A DNA stretch of 64,000 bases from an uncultured Desulfatibacillum sp. (lineage in GTDB: Bacteria > Desulfobacterota > Desulfobacteria > Desulfobacterales > SpSt-501): contig CAZLSV010000014.1 of the NCBI GenBank assembly GCA_964562235.1, forward strand, positions 15,984-79,983. Reading direction: 5' to 3'. Below are positions 18,394-29,192 of this stretch, piece after piece. The position numbers were made by a program, and so were the translations under genes. The notes under the pieces were generated by a model. It saw only the letters and a program-made list of their open reading frames with translations. It searched no databases and was not told where the DNA came from. How positions within the stretch are numbered: the stretch's first letter is position 1; every line of letters starts with the position of its first letter.

Positions 18394-19487
18394 AACCGGC
18401 GCATGAAGGAGCGGTCCAGATAATCCTTGAGGAAAAAGCCGAGGCGCCCGTCGAAGACAAGCGTTTTCCAGCGCACGACGGCAGTGCCGTCGCCCATGTT
18501 GAAGGCCAGCAGATAGTCCCGCTGGGGAGTGAAGGGCATCAGATCCCCGCCGCCCAGGGCCCGCTGCAGGTTATTAAGCAGAACGGGGTTCTGGCGCACC
18601 GCGTAGACTCCCACCTTGGCAAGCGGCCGCGGCTCGAAACAGATGCAGTCCCCGCCGCCGAAAATCCCCGGATACGCCACCGACTGCAGAAAACGGTTCA
18701 CCAAAAGACCGCCCTCCTCCCCGGCCGGAATGCCCGAGTCGCGAAAAAGAGGCGAGGGCTTCACCCCGACGGCCATGAACAGGAAATCGCAGGGTCGGGA
18801 TTCGCCCGAGCTCAGCCGGACGCAGCGACCGGAGGCGCTCTCGACCTTCCGGCCCTCGATCAGGGTGACGGCCAGGCGGGCAAGGCCGCGCTGCGCCTTG
18901 CGCCGCACCACCGGATCGAATCCGGCCAACAAACGCTCCCCCGCGACCAGGGCGATCTCCGCCGCCCCCGGTGCGTCCTTCACCAGCCGCCGCAGGTTGG
19001 CGGCAATCTCCAGACCGGCCGGGCCGCCGCCGGCCACCACGATGGACAGCCCCCGCTGCCGGAGCGCGGCGAGGATCCGGTGGCGGGCGTCGAGCAGTTT
19101 TTCAATCGGTTTGACCGGGACCGCGGCTTCATGGGCCGATATCGGCGCGTCGATCGGCACGCCGCTGCCGGTGTTGAAGGAGGCGACGTCGTAGGCGACC
19201 CGCTCCCCGCCCTGCAGCTGCAGCTCCTGGCGCGCCGGGTCCACTCGCACGACCAGATCCTCGATGAAGCTCGCCCCGCCGGAGAGGGCCATCTGCTTCA
19301 CGTCGAAGCGGATCTCCTCGGGCCGGTAAATGCCGGAGAGCATGCCCGGGCCCATGCCGGAGTAGTAGTGCAGGGGACCGGGGCCGATCACCGTGACGCG
19401 GTGTCCGGCCGCCGTGAAGTCGGCCAGGCGTTTGAGGACCGTCATGTGGGCATGCCCGGCGCCCACGAGAACCAGGTGTTTGGTCAT
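18384..19487 (-). CDS. FAD/NAD(P)-dependent pyridine nucleotide-disulfide oxidoreductase family protein (NDH-2/SQR-like)
   Basis: The ATG at 19487 gives MTKHLVLVGAGHAHMTVL (GxGxxG-type dinucleotide fold) and a second fold, IVVAGGGPAGLE. The rest of the 735-aa ORF is an alternate frame of the upstream peptidase gene. Confidence 0.75.
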   Translation of the reverse strand: MTKHLVLVGAGHAHMTVLKRLADFTAAGHRVTVIGPGPLHYYSGMGPGMLSGIYRPEEIRFDVKQMALSGGASFIEDLVVRVDPARQELQLQGGERVAYDVASFNTGSGVPIDAPISAHEAAVPVKPIEKLLDARHRILAALRQRGLSIVVAGGGPAGLEIAANLRRLVKDAPGAAEIALVAGERLLAGFDPVVRRKAQRGLARLAVTLIEGRKVESASGRCVRLSSGESRPCDFLFMAVGVKPSPLFRDSGIPAGEEGGLLVNRFLQSVAYPGIFGGGDCICFEPRPLAKVGVYAVRQNPVLLNNLQRALGGGDLMPFTPQRDYLLAFNMGDGTAVVRWKTLVFDGRLGFFLKDYLDRSFMRRFQA

Positions 19488-19497
19488 AGCAATAGAT

Positions 19498-19570
19498 GGT
19501 GTTTGGGTATTTGGGTGTTTGGGTGTTTGGTGGAGCGAAATACCGAGATACCCAAACACCCAAATACCTA
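19498..19570. repeat. Inverted repeat built from tandem TTTGGGTR octamers
   Basis: Four tandem octamers are TTTGGGTA, TTTGGGTG, TTTGGGTG and TTTGGTGG (19502-19533). A perfect 19-nt arm GGTATTTGGGTGTTTGGGT (19506-19524) is matched by its reverse complement at 19550-19568. The loop is 25 nt. Confidence 0.85.
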
Positions 19571-20872
19571 TCCCTTCTCGTTCATCAATTCTTCTATCTC
19601 GTCGGCTTCCCGCGGGATGTCCGCCATGAGGTCGACCGGGTCCCGGTCGGTGACCAGGATGTCGTTTTCGATCCGCACCCCGATCCCCTCCTCGCGGATG
19701 TAGATGCCCGGCTCGCAGGTGAGCACCATGCCCGCCTCGAAGGGGCGGAATCTGTCGCCGTAGTCGTGGACATCCAGGCCGAGATGGTGCGAAGCCCCGT
19801 GCGGGAAGTACTTCTTGTACAGCGGCTGATCCTTCGGCTGCTCCTTGACCTTTTCCGCGTCCAGCAGGCCCAGGCCGATCAGCTCCGCCTCCATCAACCG
19901 GCCGACCTCGGCGGTGTAGGCCTCCAGGGTGTTCCCCGGCCGAAGCATCCGGATGGCCGCTTTCTGCACCCGCAGCACGGCCTCGTAGACCGCCCGCTGC
20001 CGTGGGGTGAAGCGCCCGTTCACCGGCACCGTGCGCGTGAGGTCGCCGGCGTAGTTGGCGTACTCCGCGCCGAAGTCGATCAGCACCAGCTCCCCGTCCC
20101 CGCACGGCTTGTCGTTTTTGACGTAGTGCAGGGTGCAGGAATCGGCGCCCGAGGCCACGATGGTCTGGAAGGCGGGGCCGCGGGAGCGCGCGCGCAGAAA
20201 TTCGTGCCAGATCTCGGCCTCGATCTCGTATTCCCAGACCCCCGGCCGAATGAACCCGAGCAGCCGCCGGAAAGCCCGACCCGTGATGCCGGCCGCCTGC
20301 CGGATGAGCTCGACCTCCAGCGGTAATTTGACCACCCGCAGGTTTTGCATGATCGGTGCCAGGCGCCGGTAACGGTGCAACGGGAAGGCCTCCCGGCACC
20401 ATTTGCCGAAACGCGCATCCCGGGTCTCGACGAGCGCTTCCGCCCGCGGATGCTCGTTCGAGTTGAGGTAGATCCGCTCGGCCTGGAGCGCCAGGGGCCG
20501 GAACACGGAATCGAATTCCGCGTTCCAGCAGACGCTCTTCACCCCGGAGGCCGCCGCGGCCTCCTCTCTGCTGTGTTTCTTCCCCTCCCACAGGGCGATC
20601 TTCTCGCTGGTCTCCCTCAGAAACAGGACCTCGCGGTGCTTCTCCTCCCTGGCCTCCGGGAAAAGAACCAGCGTGCTCTCCTCCTGGTCGATCCCGGAAA
20701 GATAAAGCAGATCGGTCTGCTGGCTGAAGGGGTGGACCCCGTCCGCGCTCTTGGGCATGACGTCGCTGGAGTTGAAGACGGCGATGGCGGCGGGCTCGAG
20801 CTGCGCCGCCAGCCTTCTGCGGTTTTCAATGAAAAGCTGCGGATCGATCGGATCGTAGCGCATCGGCAACAC
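19568..20872 (-). CDS. pepP: Xaa-Pro aminopeptidase (M24B family)
   Basis: The N-terminal AMP_N-like region is followed by the M24 pita-bread core (LIDFGAEYANYAGDLTRT, HGASHHLGLDVHD, VLTCEPGIY, IRIENDILV). The start is GTG 20872 or ATG 20863. Confidence 0.85.
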   Translation of the reverse strand: MLPMRYDPIDPQLFIENRRRLAAQLEPAAIAVFNSSDVMPKSADGVHPFSQQTDLLYLSGIDQEESTLVLFPEAREEKHREVLFLRETSEKIALWEGKKHSREEAAAASGVKSVCWNAEFDSVFRPLALQAERIYLNSNEHPRAEALVETRDARFGKWCREAFPLHRYRRLAPIMQNLRVVKLPLEVELIRQAAGITGRAFRRLLGFIRPGVWEYEIEAEIWHEFLRARSRGPAFQTIVASGADSCTLHYVKNDKPCGDGELVLIDFGAEYANYAGDLTRTVPVNGRFTPRQRAVYEAVLRVQKAAIRMLRPGNTLEAYTAEVGRLMEAELIGLGLLDAEKVKEQPKDQPLYKKYFPHGASHHLGLDVHDYGDRFRPFEAGMVLTCEPGIYIREEGIGVRIENDILVTDRDPVDLMADIPREADEIEELMNEKG

Positions 20873-20884
20873 CCGGTAAGCGGA

Positions 20885-21184
20885 TCACTCCTTGTGCTTC
20901 AGGCCGTAGGCCGCTTTGAAATCGTGCCACTCGTCATGGTCGAGGACGCCGTCCTTGTTCAGGTCGATGGCGGCAAACGCCTTTTCATCCGCCTTCGGAA
21001 AATAGGCCTTGAATTCCGGCCAGGTGACCTTGCCGTCTTTGCTGGGGTCCATGTCGCCGAAGTGGGCATTGTAGCTCTTTGCGTCGGGAATGTTGTACGT
21101 TTCTTTGGTCGGCGGGGAAGCTGCATGGGCCACCGCGGAAACACCGATAGCCGTCAAAATCAACAAGGCAAACCACTTCTTCAT
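20885..21184 (-). CDS. Secreted EF-hand calcium-binding protein
   Basis: Signal peptide MKKWFALLILTAIGVSAVAHA. Two EF-hand loops are DMDPSKDGKVTWPEF and DLNKDGVLDHDEW. Confidence 0.7.
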   Translation of the reverse strand: MKKWFALLILTAIGVSAVAHAASPPTKETYNIPDAKSYNAHFGDMDPSKDGKVTWPEFKAYFPKADEKAFAAIDLNKDGVLDHDEWHDFKAAYGLKHKE

Positions 21185-21366
21185 GAAGGCCCTCCTGGAG
21201 GTATTCTCACCATGACCGAATTTTGAAGTATTCTACGCATCCCTGCCACGGCGTCAACCCGAAATTTCAAAGCGGCCCCGCCGGGGCCGTTTTGAAATTG
21301 AACGCCCGCGGATTTCGTGGTAGGCCCGTTTCACAGAACCCATCGCGTCGGCAACGGAGACACGTC

Positions 21367-22575
21367 ATGACCGAGCCCCCACGGCCGGAAAATTCCGATG
21401 CACCCGCCGGCCGCCTCGCCGTGACGATCGCCGCCAGCATCGTCTGCCGCACCGCGCTCAACACGGCGCGCCGGTTCACCTACCCTTTTGCGCCCGACCT
21501 CAGCCGGACGCTGGGCGTCCCCCTCACCTCCATCACGGCCCTGATCGCGGTGAACTGGGCGACCAACCTGCTCGGGATGGTGACCGGCCCTTTGGCCGAC
21601 CGCTTCGGCTACCGGGGGATGATGCTGATCGGCATGGGAATGCTCGCGGCCGGGATGATGATGGGCGGGCTGTTTCCCCTCTTCGGCGTCCTCATCGTAG
21701 CCCAGTTCTTGAGCGGTCTCGGCAAAAGCCTCTTCGATCCGGCCCTGCAGGCCTATGTCGGCGCCCGCGTTCCCTACCAACGCCGGGGCCTGGTCGTCGG
21801 TCTCCTGGAAACGGCCTGGGCCGCCAGCACCCTGGTCGGCATCCCCGCCATGGCGTTTCTGATCGACCGCGCCGGATGGCGCGCGGCCTTCCTGGCGCTC
21901 GGCGTCTGCGGCCTGGCGGGGCTCTGGATGGTGAAAGCGGTGATCCCGGCCAAACGGCGGCTGGCCTCGCCGTCGCATGCCGGGCCCGATCTCGGCCGCC
22001 GTCTGCGGGAAGTCCTTGGCCACCGGGCGGCCCTGGGGGTGGCCGGTTACACGTTTCTATTCAACCTCGCCATGGACAACCTGTTCGTGGTCTACGGGGT
22101 CTGGCTGGAAGAGGCCTTTCAGCTGAGCCTGTTGGCGGTCGGGCTGAGCACCGGCGTCATCGGTGCGGCGGAACTGGCCGGGGAGTTTCTCACGGCGGGA
22201 CTCGCGGACCGGGTCGGGCTGAAACGGGCCGCCGTCGGCGGGGTCGCATTTTGCACCCTGACCTACGGGGTGCTGCCGTTCGCGGCCACCACCGCCCACC
22301 TCGCTCTGGGGGTGCTGTTTGTGCACTTCTGCATTTTCGAAATGACCATAGTGACCATACTGTCGCTGACCACGGAGCTCCTCCCGCAGTCGCGTGCGAC
22401 CATGATCGCAACCTATTATGCCGCGGCCGGGCTCGGCCGCGTGGCCGGGGCGCTGTTGGGGGGCCCGGTCTGGCTTGCGTCCGGAATTGTTGGAACCGGC
22501 GTCACGTCGGCCGCCATCTCGGCGCTCTCCTTAGCCTTCCTGCTGTGGGGGTTGAGCGGCTGGCGCAAGGGCTGA
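21367..22575 (+). CDS. MFS transporter
   Basis: The ATG at 21367 removes a basic alternate-frame leader. There are about 12 hydrophobic helices, and the MFS loop motif is GPLADRFGYRGMM. Confidence 0.75.
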   Translation: MTEPPRPENSDAPAGRLAVTIAASIVCRTALNTARRFTYPFAPDLSRTLGVPLTSITALIAVNWATNLLGMVTGPLADRFGYRGMMLIGMGMLAAGMMMGGLFPLFGVLIVAQFLSGLGKSLFDPALQAYVGARVPYQRRGLVVGLLETAWAASTLVGIPAMAFLIDRAGWRAAFLALGVCGLAGLWMVKAVIPAKRRLASPSHAGPDLGRRLREVLGHRAALGVAGYTFLFNLAMDNLFVVYGVWLEEAFQLSLLAVGLSTGVIGAAELAGEFLTAGLADRVGLKRAAVGGVAFCTLTYGVLPFAATTAHLALGVLFVHFCIFEMTIVTILSLTTELLPQSRATMIATYYAAAGLGRVAGALLGGPVWLASGIVGTGVTSAAISALSLAFLLWGLSGWRKG

Positions 22576-23730
22576 TCCGCGGACCTCGGCCGGCCGCTTG
22601 CCTAAGTATCCCTTGAGGGTTTCCAGCACCAGCAGGGACTGCATCTCCTCCCGGCTCAGCCCTTCCCAATAGCTCTCGGACCAGAAGGCCTCCGGCAGGT
22701 GCTTGCGCGCACCGCCGTTCAGCTTCTCCCCACGCGCGGCCAGGTGCCGTCGGTAGGATTTCATTTCCTCCCGCATCGCGGCGTCCGAAAGCCCGGCAAT
22801 TTTCCGGCAATCCTCCTCCAACGTCTGCACGGCGGGCAGACGCGGGGATTCCAGGACTTCCTTGAACGCCCGCGCGAACCGCTCCAGACCCTGGTGGATG
22901 TGCTCGTTCTGGACCATGTTGATGTTGGACCAGCCGGCCCTGAGCCATTTGAAATTGGCGATGCGCACCCGCCCGGCGTCCGGCCCCGCCTCGGTGTAGA
23001 CGGAGAGCCCGGCCGAGTCGTACATGTAGGACTTGACCCACCCGAGGCCCGTGACGTTCAGGCCCGCCTCCCCGGAATAGAAGTAAGTCCAGTCGTCGTC
23101 GTTTCCGATGATGTAGCCCTTGCGGCCGACATCCGACACGTCGGCCTGCCTGGAAATCGAGATCACGGTCCGGCGCGACCCGCTGGTGAGAACAATGAGC
23201 GTCCGGTAAAGGCCGTAGCGGTAGTAGCCCCCGGTGGAGAGGTCCGGCGTGTTTTCAACCGTTTCGACCCCGCGGATCACCACCGGGGAGTCTTCCGCGC
23301 CGAACAGCTCCCACAGCCGCGGAAGCTGCGGCCATGGCTTTTCGGTCTGCTGCCAGGAAGTGCTTCGCAGCGAAGCCGGGCTGGTGGCAAACCAGGGAAT
23401 CGCCGGGTTGAAGGAATATTTCAGCACGTCGACCAGCCGTGCGCGCACGTCCGCCTCGTAGTAGCTGGATGAAAACCCGTGGGCGGATCCGGCCGAAAAA
23501 ATCTCACCGTCCTTCTTGTTCCGGGCGACGAAGTCCATGAGCCCCGCAATGAGCTCCGGCTGAAATTTTGCCCCGTTGCCGGAGCCGACCAGGCTCAGCA
23601 GGTGCTCGGTCCCGGATAACAACTCGGGTGGAAGGAGCTTGTCGTCCGCGGCCCGGCTGCCGGCCGGGAACAGAACAAAACAGACCGAAAATAAAACCAG
23701 GGTCTGCAGATGGTGGATCAACTTTTTCAT
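22531..23730 (-). CDS. Exported protein of unknown function
   Basis: The ATG at 23730 gives the signal-like MKKLIHHLQTLVLFSVCFVLFPAGSRAADD. I recognise no motif. Its 3' end overlaps the convergent MFS gene by 45 nt. Confidence 0.5.
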   Translation of the reverse strand: MKKLIHHLQTLVLFSVCFVLFPAGSRAADDKLLPPELLSGTEHLLSLVGSGNGAKFQPELIAGLMDFVARNKKDGEIFSAGSAHGFSSSYYEADVRARLVDVLKYSFNPAIPWFATSPASLRSTSWQQTEKPWPQLPRLWELFGAEDSPVVIRGVETVENTPDLSTGGYYRYGLYRTLIVLTSGSRRTVISISRQADVSDVGRKGYIIGNDDDWTYFYSGEAGLNVTGLGWVKSYMYDSAGLSVYTEAGPDAGRVRIANFKWLRAGWSNINMVQNEHIHQGLERFARAFKEVLESPRLPAVQTLEEDCRKIAGLSDAAMREEMKSYRRHLAARGEKLNGGARKHLPEAFWSESYWEGLSREEMQSLLVLETLKGYLGKRPAEVRGSALAPAAQPPQQEG

Positions 23731-23840
23731 GGCGTCTGTCCTTTTGATGGAGGGCCAAATAATAGACACCCCTGCGGCCTTTCGCAAGCGGGGTCGTCAT
23801 GTTTGCAAAACCCCTCCCACGGGATTACCTTAGCACCCAA

Positions 23841-26800
23841 ATGAAAAACGACACGATTCGGATATCCGGCGCCCGCCAGCACAACCTGAAGAACCTGAAC
23901 CTGGAGATCCCGCTCAACCAGATCACCGTCGTGACCGGGGTCAGCGGCTCGGGGAAATCGTCGCTGGCCTTCGACACCCTTTACGCCGAGGGCCAGCGCC
24001 GCTACATCGAAACCTTCTCGCCCTACGCCCGCCAGTTCATGGACCGCATGGACCGGCCGCACGTCGACAGGATCGAGGGCATCCCGCCCGCCATCGCCAT
24101 CGACAGCAAGGACCCGGTGCGCACGTCGCGTTCCACCGTGGGCACCATGACCGAGATCACGGACTACGTGAAGCTGCTCTACGCGCGCCTCGGCCGGCTG
24201 CACTGCCGCTCCTGCGGCCAGCCGGTCGAGCCCGAGACGCCCGAGCACGTCTGGCGACGGCTGCAGGGCCTGCCGGAGGGCTCGCCGGTCGTGCTCACGT
24301 TCCCTTACCCGTTGAACGGCGCCGGCGCCGAGGAGCTGCGCGGGGCGCTCATGCCGCTCGGGTTCGACCGCCTGTACCGGAACGATCGGGTCGTCTCCAT
24401 CGAGGAGTGGCGGCCGCAGGGCGAGGAGCGGGAGGTCGCCGTCGTGGCCGACCGGCTGCGCTTCCGGCCGAAGGAACGAAAGCGGGTGCTCGACTCGGTC
24501 GAACTCGCGTTTCGCTTCGGGGCCGGCCGCCTCGATGTGTGGGTGCCGCCGCACGGCCGCCACGCCTTCAGCAGCAAGCTGGAGTGCGCGGCCTGCCGGG
24601 TCGCCTACAGCACCCCGCTGCCGAGCCTCTTTTCCTTCAACAGCCCCCTCGGCGCCTGCGACACCTGCCGCGGGTTCGGCCGCACCATCGGGATCGACCT
24701 GGATCTGATCATCCCCGACCGGGCGCGCTCGCTGGCGGAGGGGGCCATCAAGCCCTTCGGGGGGCGGCCGGAGGGCCGACCCGAGTTCGAGGACCTGACC
24801 CAATTCTGCCGGAAGCGCAACATCCCCCTGGACAGGCCTTTTGAAAAACTCTCGGCCGCCCAGCAGCGGTCCCTCGTGGCAGGGACCTCTTCCTACTACG
24901 GGATCGAGGGCTACTTCCGCTGGCTTGAAAACCGCACCTACAAGATGCACGTGCGCGTGCTCCTGTCGCGCTACCGCAGCTACGACATCTGCCCCGCCTG
25001 CAACGGCACGCGCTTCAAGCCGGACACCCTGCTCTACCGCCTGGGAGATTTCACCATCGCCCAGGTCTATGCCCTGAACGTCAACCAGGCGATCGATTTC
25101 TTCAACCGCCTGCCGGTCTCCGAAACCGACGAGGCCGGGTGCATGCTCCGCGATGAAGTCCGCAGCCGGCTCACCTACCTGCGCGACGTGGGCCTGGGCT
25201 ACCTCACCCTGGACCGGCAGTCCCGCACCCTGTCGGGCGGCGAAGTCCAGCGCGTCGCCCTGACCTCGGCCCTGGGTTCCTCCCTGGTCAACACCCTTTA
25301 CGTGCTGGACGAGCCTAGCATCGGGCTGCACCCCCGCGACAACCACCGCCTCGTGCGCATCCTGAAAGGGCTGCGGGACCTGGCGAACACGGTCGTGGTC
25401 GTGGAGCACGACCCGGAGATCATCCGCGAGAGTGATTTCATCCTGGACCTCGGGCCCAAGGCCGGCGCGGAAGGCGGCCGGCTGATGTACTTCGGGCCCA
25501 CCGCGCAGATCAACGGGTCGCTGACCGGCCAGTACCTGCGCGGGGCGCGCCGGATCCCGCTGCCCGCCCGGCGGCGGGCGCCGGACGGGCGCTGGCTGAC
25601 CCTCCGGGGCGCGGCCGAAAACAATCTCAAAGGCATCGACGTCGCCATCCCGCTGGGGCTGCTGGTCGGCCTCACGGGGGTGTCCGGCTCGGGCAAGTCC
25701 ACCCTCGCGGAAGAGATCCTCTTCAAGGCGGCCCGGCGCGCGCTCGGCCAGCCCGAGGGGAGGCCCGGCCAGCACCGTGCGATCGAGGGCATCGAGCACA
25801 TCGACGAAGTGCTGCTGGTGGACCAGCGCGCCATCGGGCGCACGCCCCGGGCCAACCCGCTCACCTACACCAAGGCCTTCGATCCCATCCGCAAGCTCCT
25901 GGCGGCCACCGAGGACGCCCGCCGGCGCGACTTCGGTCCGGGCCATTTTTCCTTCAACGTCGCCGGCGGGCGCTGCGAGACCTGCCGGGGCGAAGGGTTC
26001 GAGAAGGTGGAGATGCAGTTCCTGTCGGACGTCTATCTCCCCTGCCCGGAATGCAACGGCCGCCGGTTCCGGCCGGAGGTGCTGGAGGTCGCCTACCGGG
26101 GCAAGAGCGTCACCGACATCCTCGAACTGACGGTGGACCAGGCCATCGGGTTCTTCGGCGGCGAGAAAGCCGTGGTCTCGGCCCTGCAGCCGCTCAGCGA
26201 GGTGGGACTGGGCTACATCCGACTTGGCCAGCCCATCAGCACCCTCTCCGGCGGCGAGGCCCAGCGGCTCAAGCTCTCCCGCTACCTGCGCTCCGACGAC
26301 GGCAGCGGACGGCGCAAGCTGTTTATCTTCGACGAGCCCACCACCGGCCTGCATTTCGAGGACATCCACACACTGCTGGTCTGCCTCCAGCGCCTGGTCG
26401 ACGCCGGGCACACGGCGCTCGTGATCGAGCACAACATGGACGTGGTCAAGACGGCCGACTGGGTCATCGACCTGGGGCCGGAAGGGGGCGAGGCCGGCGG
26501 GGAGGTCGTGGCGGTCGGCCCGCCGGAGCGGGTCGCCGCCGACGGGCGCTCGCACACGGGCCGTTTCCTCGCGGCCTATCTCAACGGCCGGGGCCGTCTC
26601 AAGCCGGCGGTTTCTGCCGACGACCGGGTGGCCGAACCCGCCGCGGGCTACCACGCCCGGCCGGCGGCGCGGGTGATCGAGCTGAAGGGCGCCCGCGAGC
26701 ACAACCTCCAGGACCTCCACCTGACCCTGCCGCACAACGAACTCGTCGTGCTGACCGGGGTTTCCGGCTCCGGCAAATCCACCCTGGCCTTCGACATCCT

Positions 26801-29192
26801 TTTCGCCGAGGGCCAGCGCCGCTACCTGGAGAGCCTGGCGCCCTACGTCCGCCAGTACATGAAAGTCCTGGAGCGGCCGGATGTGGACCTCGTGACCGGG
26901 CTTTCGCCGACGGTGGCCATCGAACAGCGCATCAGCCACGCCAGCCGGCGTTCCACCGTGGCCACCCTGACCGAAATCTACCATTTCCTGCGCCTGCTCT
27001 ACAGCAAGCTCGGCACCCAGCACTGCCCGGGCTGCGGCCGGCCGCTGGCCGCCCAGACCCGGGCCGCCATCGTCGAGCAGGTCCGCGGCCGCTACGGCCG
27101 CCGCCCGGCCCGCGTGCTGGCCCTCAAGGTGCTGGGCCGCAAGGGCTTCCACAAGGAGCTCCTGGAACGCGCCGTGAAGAAGGGCTTCCGCGAGGCGCGC
27201 ATCGACGGCACGCTCACGCGGCTGACGCCGGGCATGGCCCTTTCGCGCTACCACGAGCACACCATCGAACTGGTCACCGGAAGGCTTCCGGCCGAAGACC
27301 TCGAGGGCCTCATTGCCGGCAGCCTGGAGGAGGGCGACGGCCACATCAGCGTCATCGACGGCCGCGGCCGCGAGGAAGTCTTCAGCCGGCACGGCATCTG
27401 TCCGGGTTGCGGCATCGGTCTGGAGCCGCTCGACCCGCGGCTGTTTTCCTTCAACAGCCGGCAGGGCGCCTGCCCGGCCTGCAAGGGGCTCGGCGTAAGT
27501 GTCGACGAGGAGGAGGAAGCGGCCGCAGCGCCCCTGGTGTGCCCCACCTGCGGCGGCAGCCGGCTCAAGCCCCAGGCCCTGGCGGTCCGCATCGGCGGCC
27601 GCTCCATTTGGGAGCTGATGCAGCAGCCCGCCGGCGACGTGCAGGCGGTCATTCGCGGCTTCCGGTTCCCCGTTCACCAGAAGCCCGTGGCCGAGCCCGT
27701 GGTCTCCGAGATCCTGACCCGCCTGACCCTCCTGAACCAGCTGGGGCTCTCCTACCTGTCGCTCGGCCGCAGCGGCAACACGCTTTCCGGCGGCGAGGCC
27801 CAGCGCGTGCGCCTGGCCGCCCAGCTGGGCTCCAACCTCACCGGCGTGTGCTACATCCTGGACGAGCCCACCATCGGCCTGCACCCCCGGGACAACCACG
27901 TCCTCGTGGAGGCTTTGAAGACGCTGCGCGATCGCGGCAACACCATCATCGTCGTCGAACACGACGAGGAGACCATCCGGGCGGCCGACACCATCATCGA
28001 CCTCGGCCCCGGCGCCGGCCGCGACGGCGGGAAGGTCGTGGCCTCCGGCACCCTGGCCGAGATCCGGCGCGCGCCGCTGTCCATGACCGGCGCCCTGATC
28101 GACGGCCACGACCACCGCATCACCTCGCGGCTGCGGCCCTGGCGGGGCGAACCGGCGATCCGCGTGTCGGGGGCCTGCGCCAACAACCTGCGGGGGATCG
28201 ACGTGGACTTTCCCCTGGGCCGCCTAATCGCCGTCACCGGGGTCTCCGGGTCCGGCAAATCCTCGCTGCTCAAGGAAACCCTCTTCAAGGGCCTGCGGAA
28301 CCGGCTCTCCGACCGCCGCGAACCGGCCGGGGCGTGCCGGGAGATCAGCGGGTGGAAGACCGTCGGCCGCGTCCTGGAGGTGGACCACAGCCCCATCGGC
28401 CGCACGCCGCGCTCGGTGCCTACGTCCTACATCGGCTTTCTGGACGACATCCGCCGGCTGTTCGCCATGACGCCCGCCGCTCGCGCCCGCGGCTACCGGC
28501 CCGGCCGCTTCTCCTTCAATGTCTCCGGCGGCCGCTGCGAGGCCTGCCAGGGCCAGGGCCGCCCCAAAGTCGAAATGAGCTTCCTGCCGGACGTCTATGT
28601 GCCCTGCGAAGTCTGCGACGGCCGGCGCTTCAACCCCGAAACCCTGGAGGTACTCTACAAAGGCAAGACCATCTCCGACGTGCTGGCCATGACGTTCGCC
28701 GAGGCCGTGGTGTTCTTCGGCGCCGTTCCGCTCATCCGCCGGGCGGTCCAGTTCGTGTGCGACGTGGGTCTGGGCTATCTCACCCTGGGCCAGCCGAGCC
28801 CGACGCTCTCCGGCGGCGAGGCCCAGCGCATCAAGCTGGCCGAACAGCTGGCGAAACCTTCCAGCGGGCACACCGTCTACATCCTGGACGAACCCACGAC
28901 CGGCCTGCACCTGGCCGATGTCCGCCGCCTGATCGACGTTCTTCAGGCGCTGGTGGAAGCCGGCCACACGGTGGCCGTGATCGAGCACAACCTGGAAATC
29001 ATCGCGGAGGCCGACTACATCATCGACCTGGGGCCGGAAGGCGGGTCCGCCGGCGGGCGGCTGGTAGCCTCCGGTTCGCCCCGGGAGCTTCTGAAATTCG
29101 CTCGGACCTCGCACACGGCGCGCTGCCTCAAGGAGTACCTGTCGGAAAAGAGAAAAGTGATGAGTCAGAGTAATGAGTCAAGAGTTCAATGA
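23841..29192 (+). CDS. Tandemly duplicated (double) UvrA-family ABC ATPase, about 1783 aa
   Basis: There are two complete UvrA-like modules. Each opens with ..G(A)[19 protein letters not shown](S/T)LAFD.L(Y/F)AEGQRRY.E(T/S).. (module 1 near 23860, module 2 near 26680). Each carries CxxC zinc modules, two LSGGE signature motifs and Walker B LDEP(S/T). There are four ABC nucleotide-binding domains in total. Confidence 0.85.
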   Translation: MKNDTIRISGARQHNLKNLNLEIPLNQITVVTGVSGSGKSSLAFDTLYAEGQRRYIETFSPYARQFMDRMDRPHVDRIEGIPPAIAIDSKDPVRTSRSTVGTMTEITDYVKLLYARLGRLHCRSCGQPVEPETPEHVWRRLQGLPEGSPVVLTFPYPLNGAGAEELRGALMPLGFDRLYRNDRVVSIEEWRPQGEEREVAVVADRLRFRPKERKRVLDSVELAFRFGAGRLDVWVPPHGRHAFSSKLECAACRVAYSTPLPSLFSFNSPLGACDTCRGFGRTIGIDLDLIIPDRARSLAEGAIKPFGGRPEGRPEFEDLTQFCRKRNIPLDRPFEKLSAAQQRSLVAGTSSYYGIEGYFRWLENRTYKMHVRVLLSRYRSYDICPACNGTRFKPDTLLYRLGDFTIAQVYALNVNQAIDFFNRLPVSETDEAGCMLRDEVRSRLTYLRDVGLGYLTLDRQSRTLSGGEVQRVALTSALGSSLVNTLYVLDEPSIGLHPRDNHRLVRILKGLRDLANTVVVVEHDPEIIRESDFILDLGPKAGAEGGRLMYFGPTAQINGSLTGQYLRGARRIPLPARRRAPDGRWLTLRGAAENNLKGIDVAIPLGLLVGLTGVSGSGKSTLAEEILFKAARRALGQPEGRPGQHRAIEGIEHIDEVLLVDQRAIGRTPRANPLTYTKAFDPIRKLLAATEDARRRDFGPGHFSFNVAGGRCETCRGEGFEKVEMQFLSDVYLPCPECNGRRFRPEVLEVAYRGKSVTDILELTVDQAIGFFGGEKAVVSALQPLSEVGLGYIRLGQPISTLSGGEAQRLKLSRYLRSDDGSGRRKLFIFDEPTTGLHFEDIHTLLVCLQRLVDAGHTALVIEHNMDVVKTADWVIDLGPEGGEAGGEVVAVGPPERVAADGRSHTGRFLAAYLNGRGRLKPAVSADDRVAEPAAGYHARPAARVIELKGAREHNLQDLHLTLPHNELVVLTGVSGSGKSTLAFDILFAEGQRRYLESLAPYVRQYMKVLERPDVDLVTGLSPTVAIEQRISHASRRSTVATLTEIYHFLRLLYSKLGTQHCPGCGRPLAAQTRAAIVEQVRGRYGRRPARVLALKVLGRKGFHKELLERAVKKGFREARIDGTLTRLTPGMALSRYHEHTIELVTGRLPAEDLEGLIAGSLEEGDGHISVIDGRGREEVFSRHGICPGCGIGLEPLDPRLFSFNSRQGACPACKGLGVSVDEEEEAAAAPLVCPTCGGSRLKPQALAVRIGGRSIWELMQQPAGDVQAVIRGFRFPVHQKPVAEPVVSEILTRLTLLNQLGLSYLSLGRSGNTLSGGEAQRVRLAAQLGSNLTGVCYILDEPTIGLHPRDNHVLVEALKTLRDRGNTIIVVEHDEETIRAADTIIDLGPGAGRDGGKVVASGTLAEIRRAPLSMTGALIDGHDHRITSRLRPWRGEPAIRVSGACANNLRGIDVDFPLGRLIAVTGVSGSGKSSLLKETLFKGLRNRLSDRREPAGACREISGWKTVGRVLEVDHSPIGRTPRSVPTSYIGFLDDIRRLFAMTPAARARGYRPGRFSFNVSGGRCEACQGQGRPKVEMSFLPDVYVPCEVCDGRRFNPETLEVLYKGKTISDVLAMTFAEAVVFFGAVPLIRRAVQFVCDVGLGYLTLGQPSPTLSGGEAQRIKLAEQLAKPSSGHTVYILDEPTTGLHLADVRRLIDVLQALVEAGHTVAVIEHNLEIIAEADYIIDLGPEGGSAGGRLVASGSPRELLKFARTSHTARCLKEYLSEKRKVMSQSNESRVQ

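Noticed and set aside
19488-20591. The upstream two-thirds of the 735-aa ORF 18384..20591, which could be read as a large fusion protein.
   Set aside because: It is an alternate frame of the Xaa-Pro aminopeptidase gene with a Gly/Arg/Pro-rich translation. The oxidoreductase starts at MTKHLVLVGAGHAH (19487).
23727-28115. A 1462-aa ORF on the minus strand, antisense to the uvrA-like gene, and the 1040-aa alternate-frame ORF 26051..29173 on the plus strand.
   Set aside because: Their translations are low-complexity Arg/Gly/Ala/Pro-rich strings with no motifs. The plus-strand frame starting at 23841 carries unmistakable UvrA/ABC motifs throughout. Long spurious ORFs are expected in GC-rich DNA.
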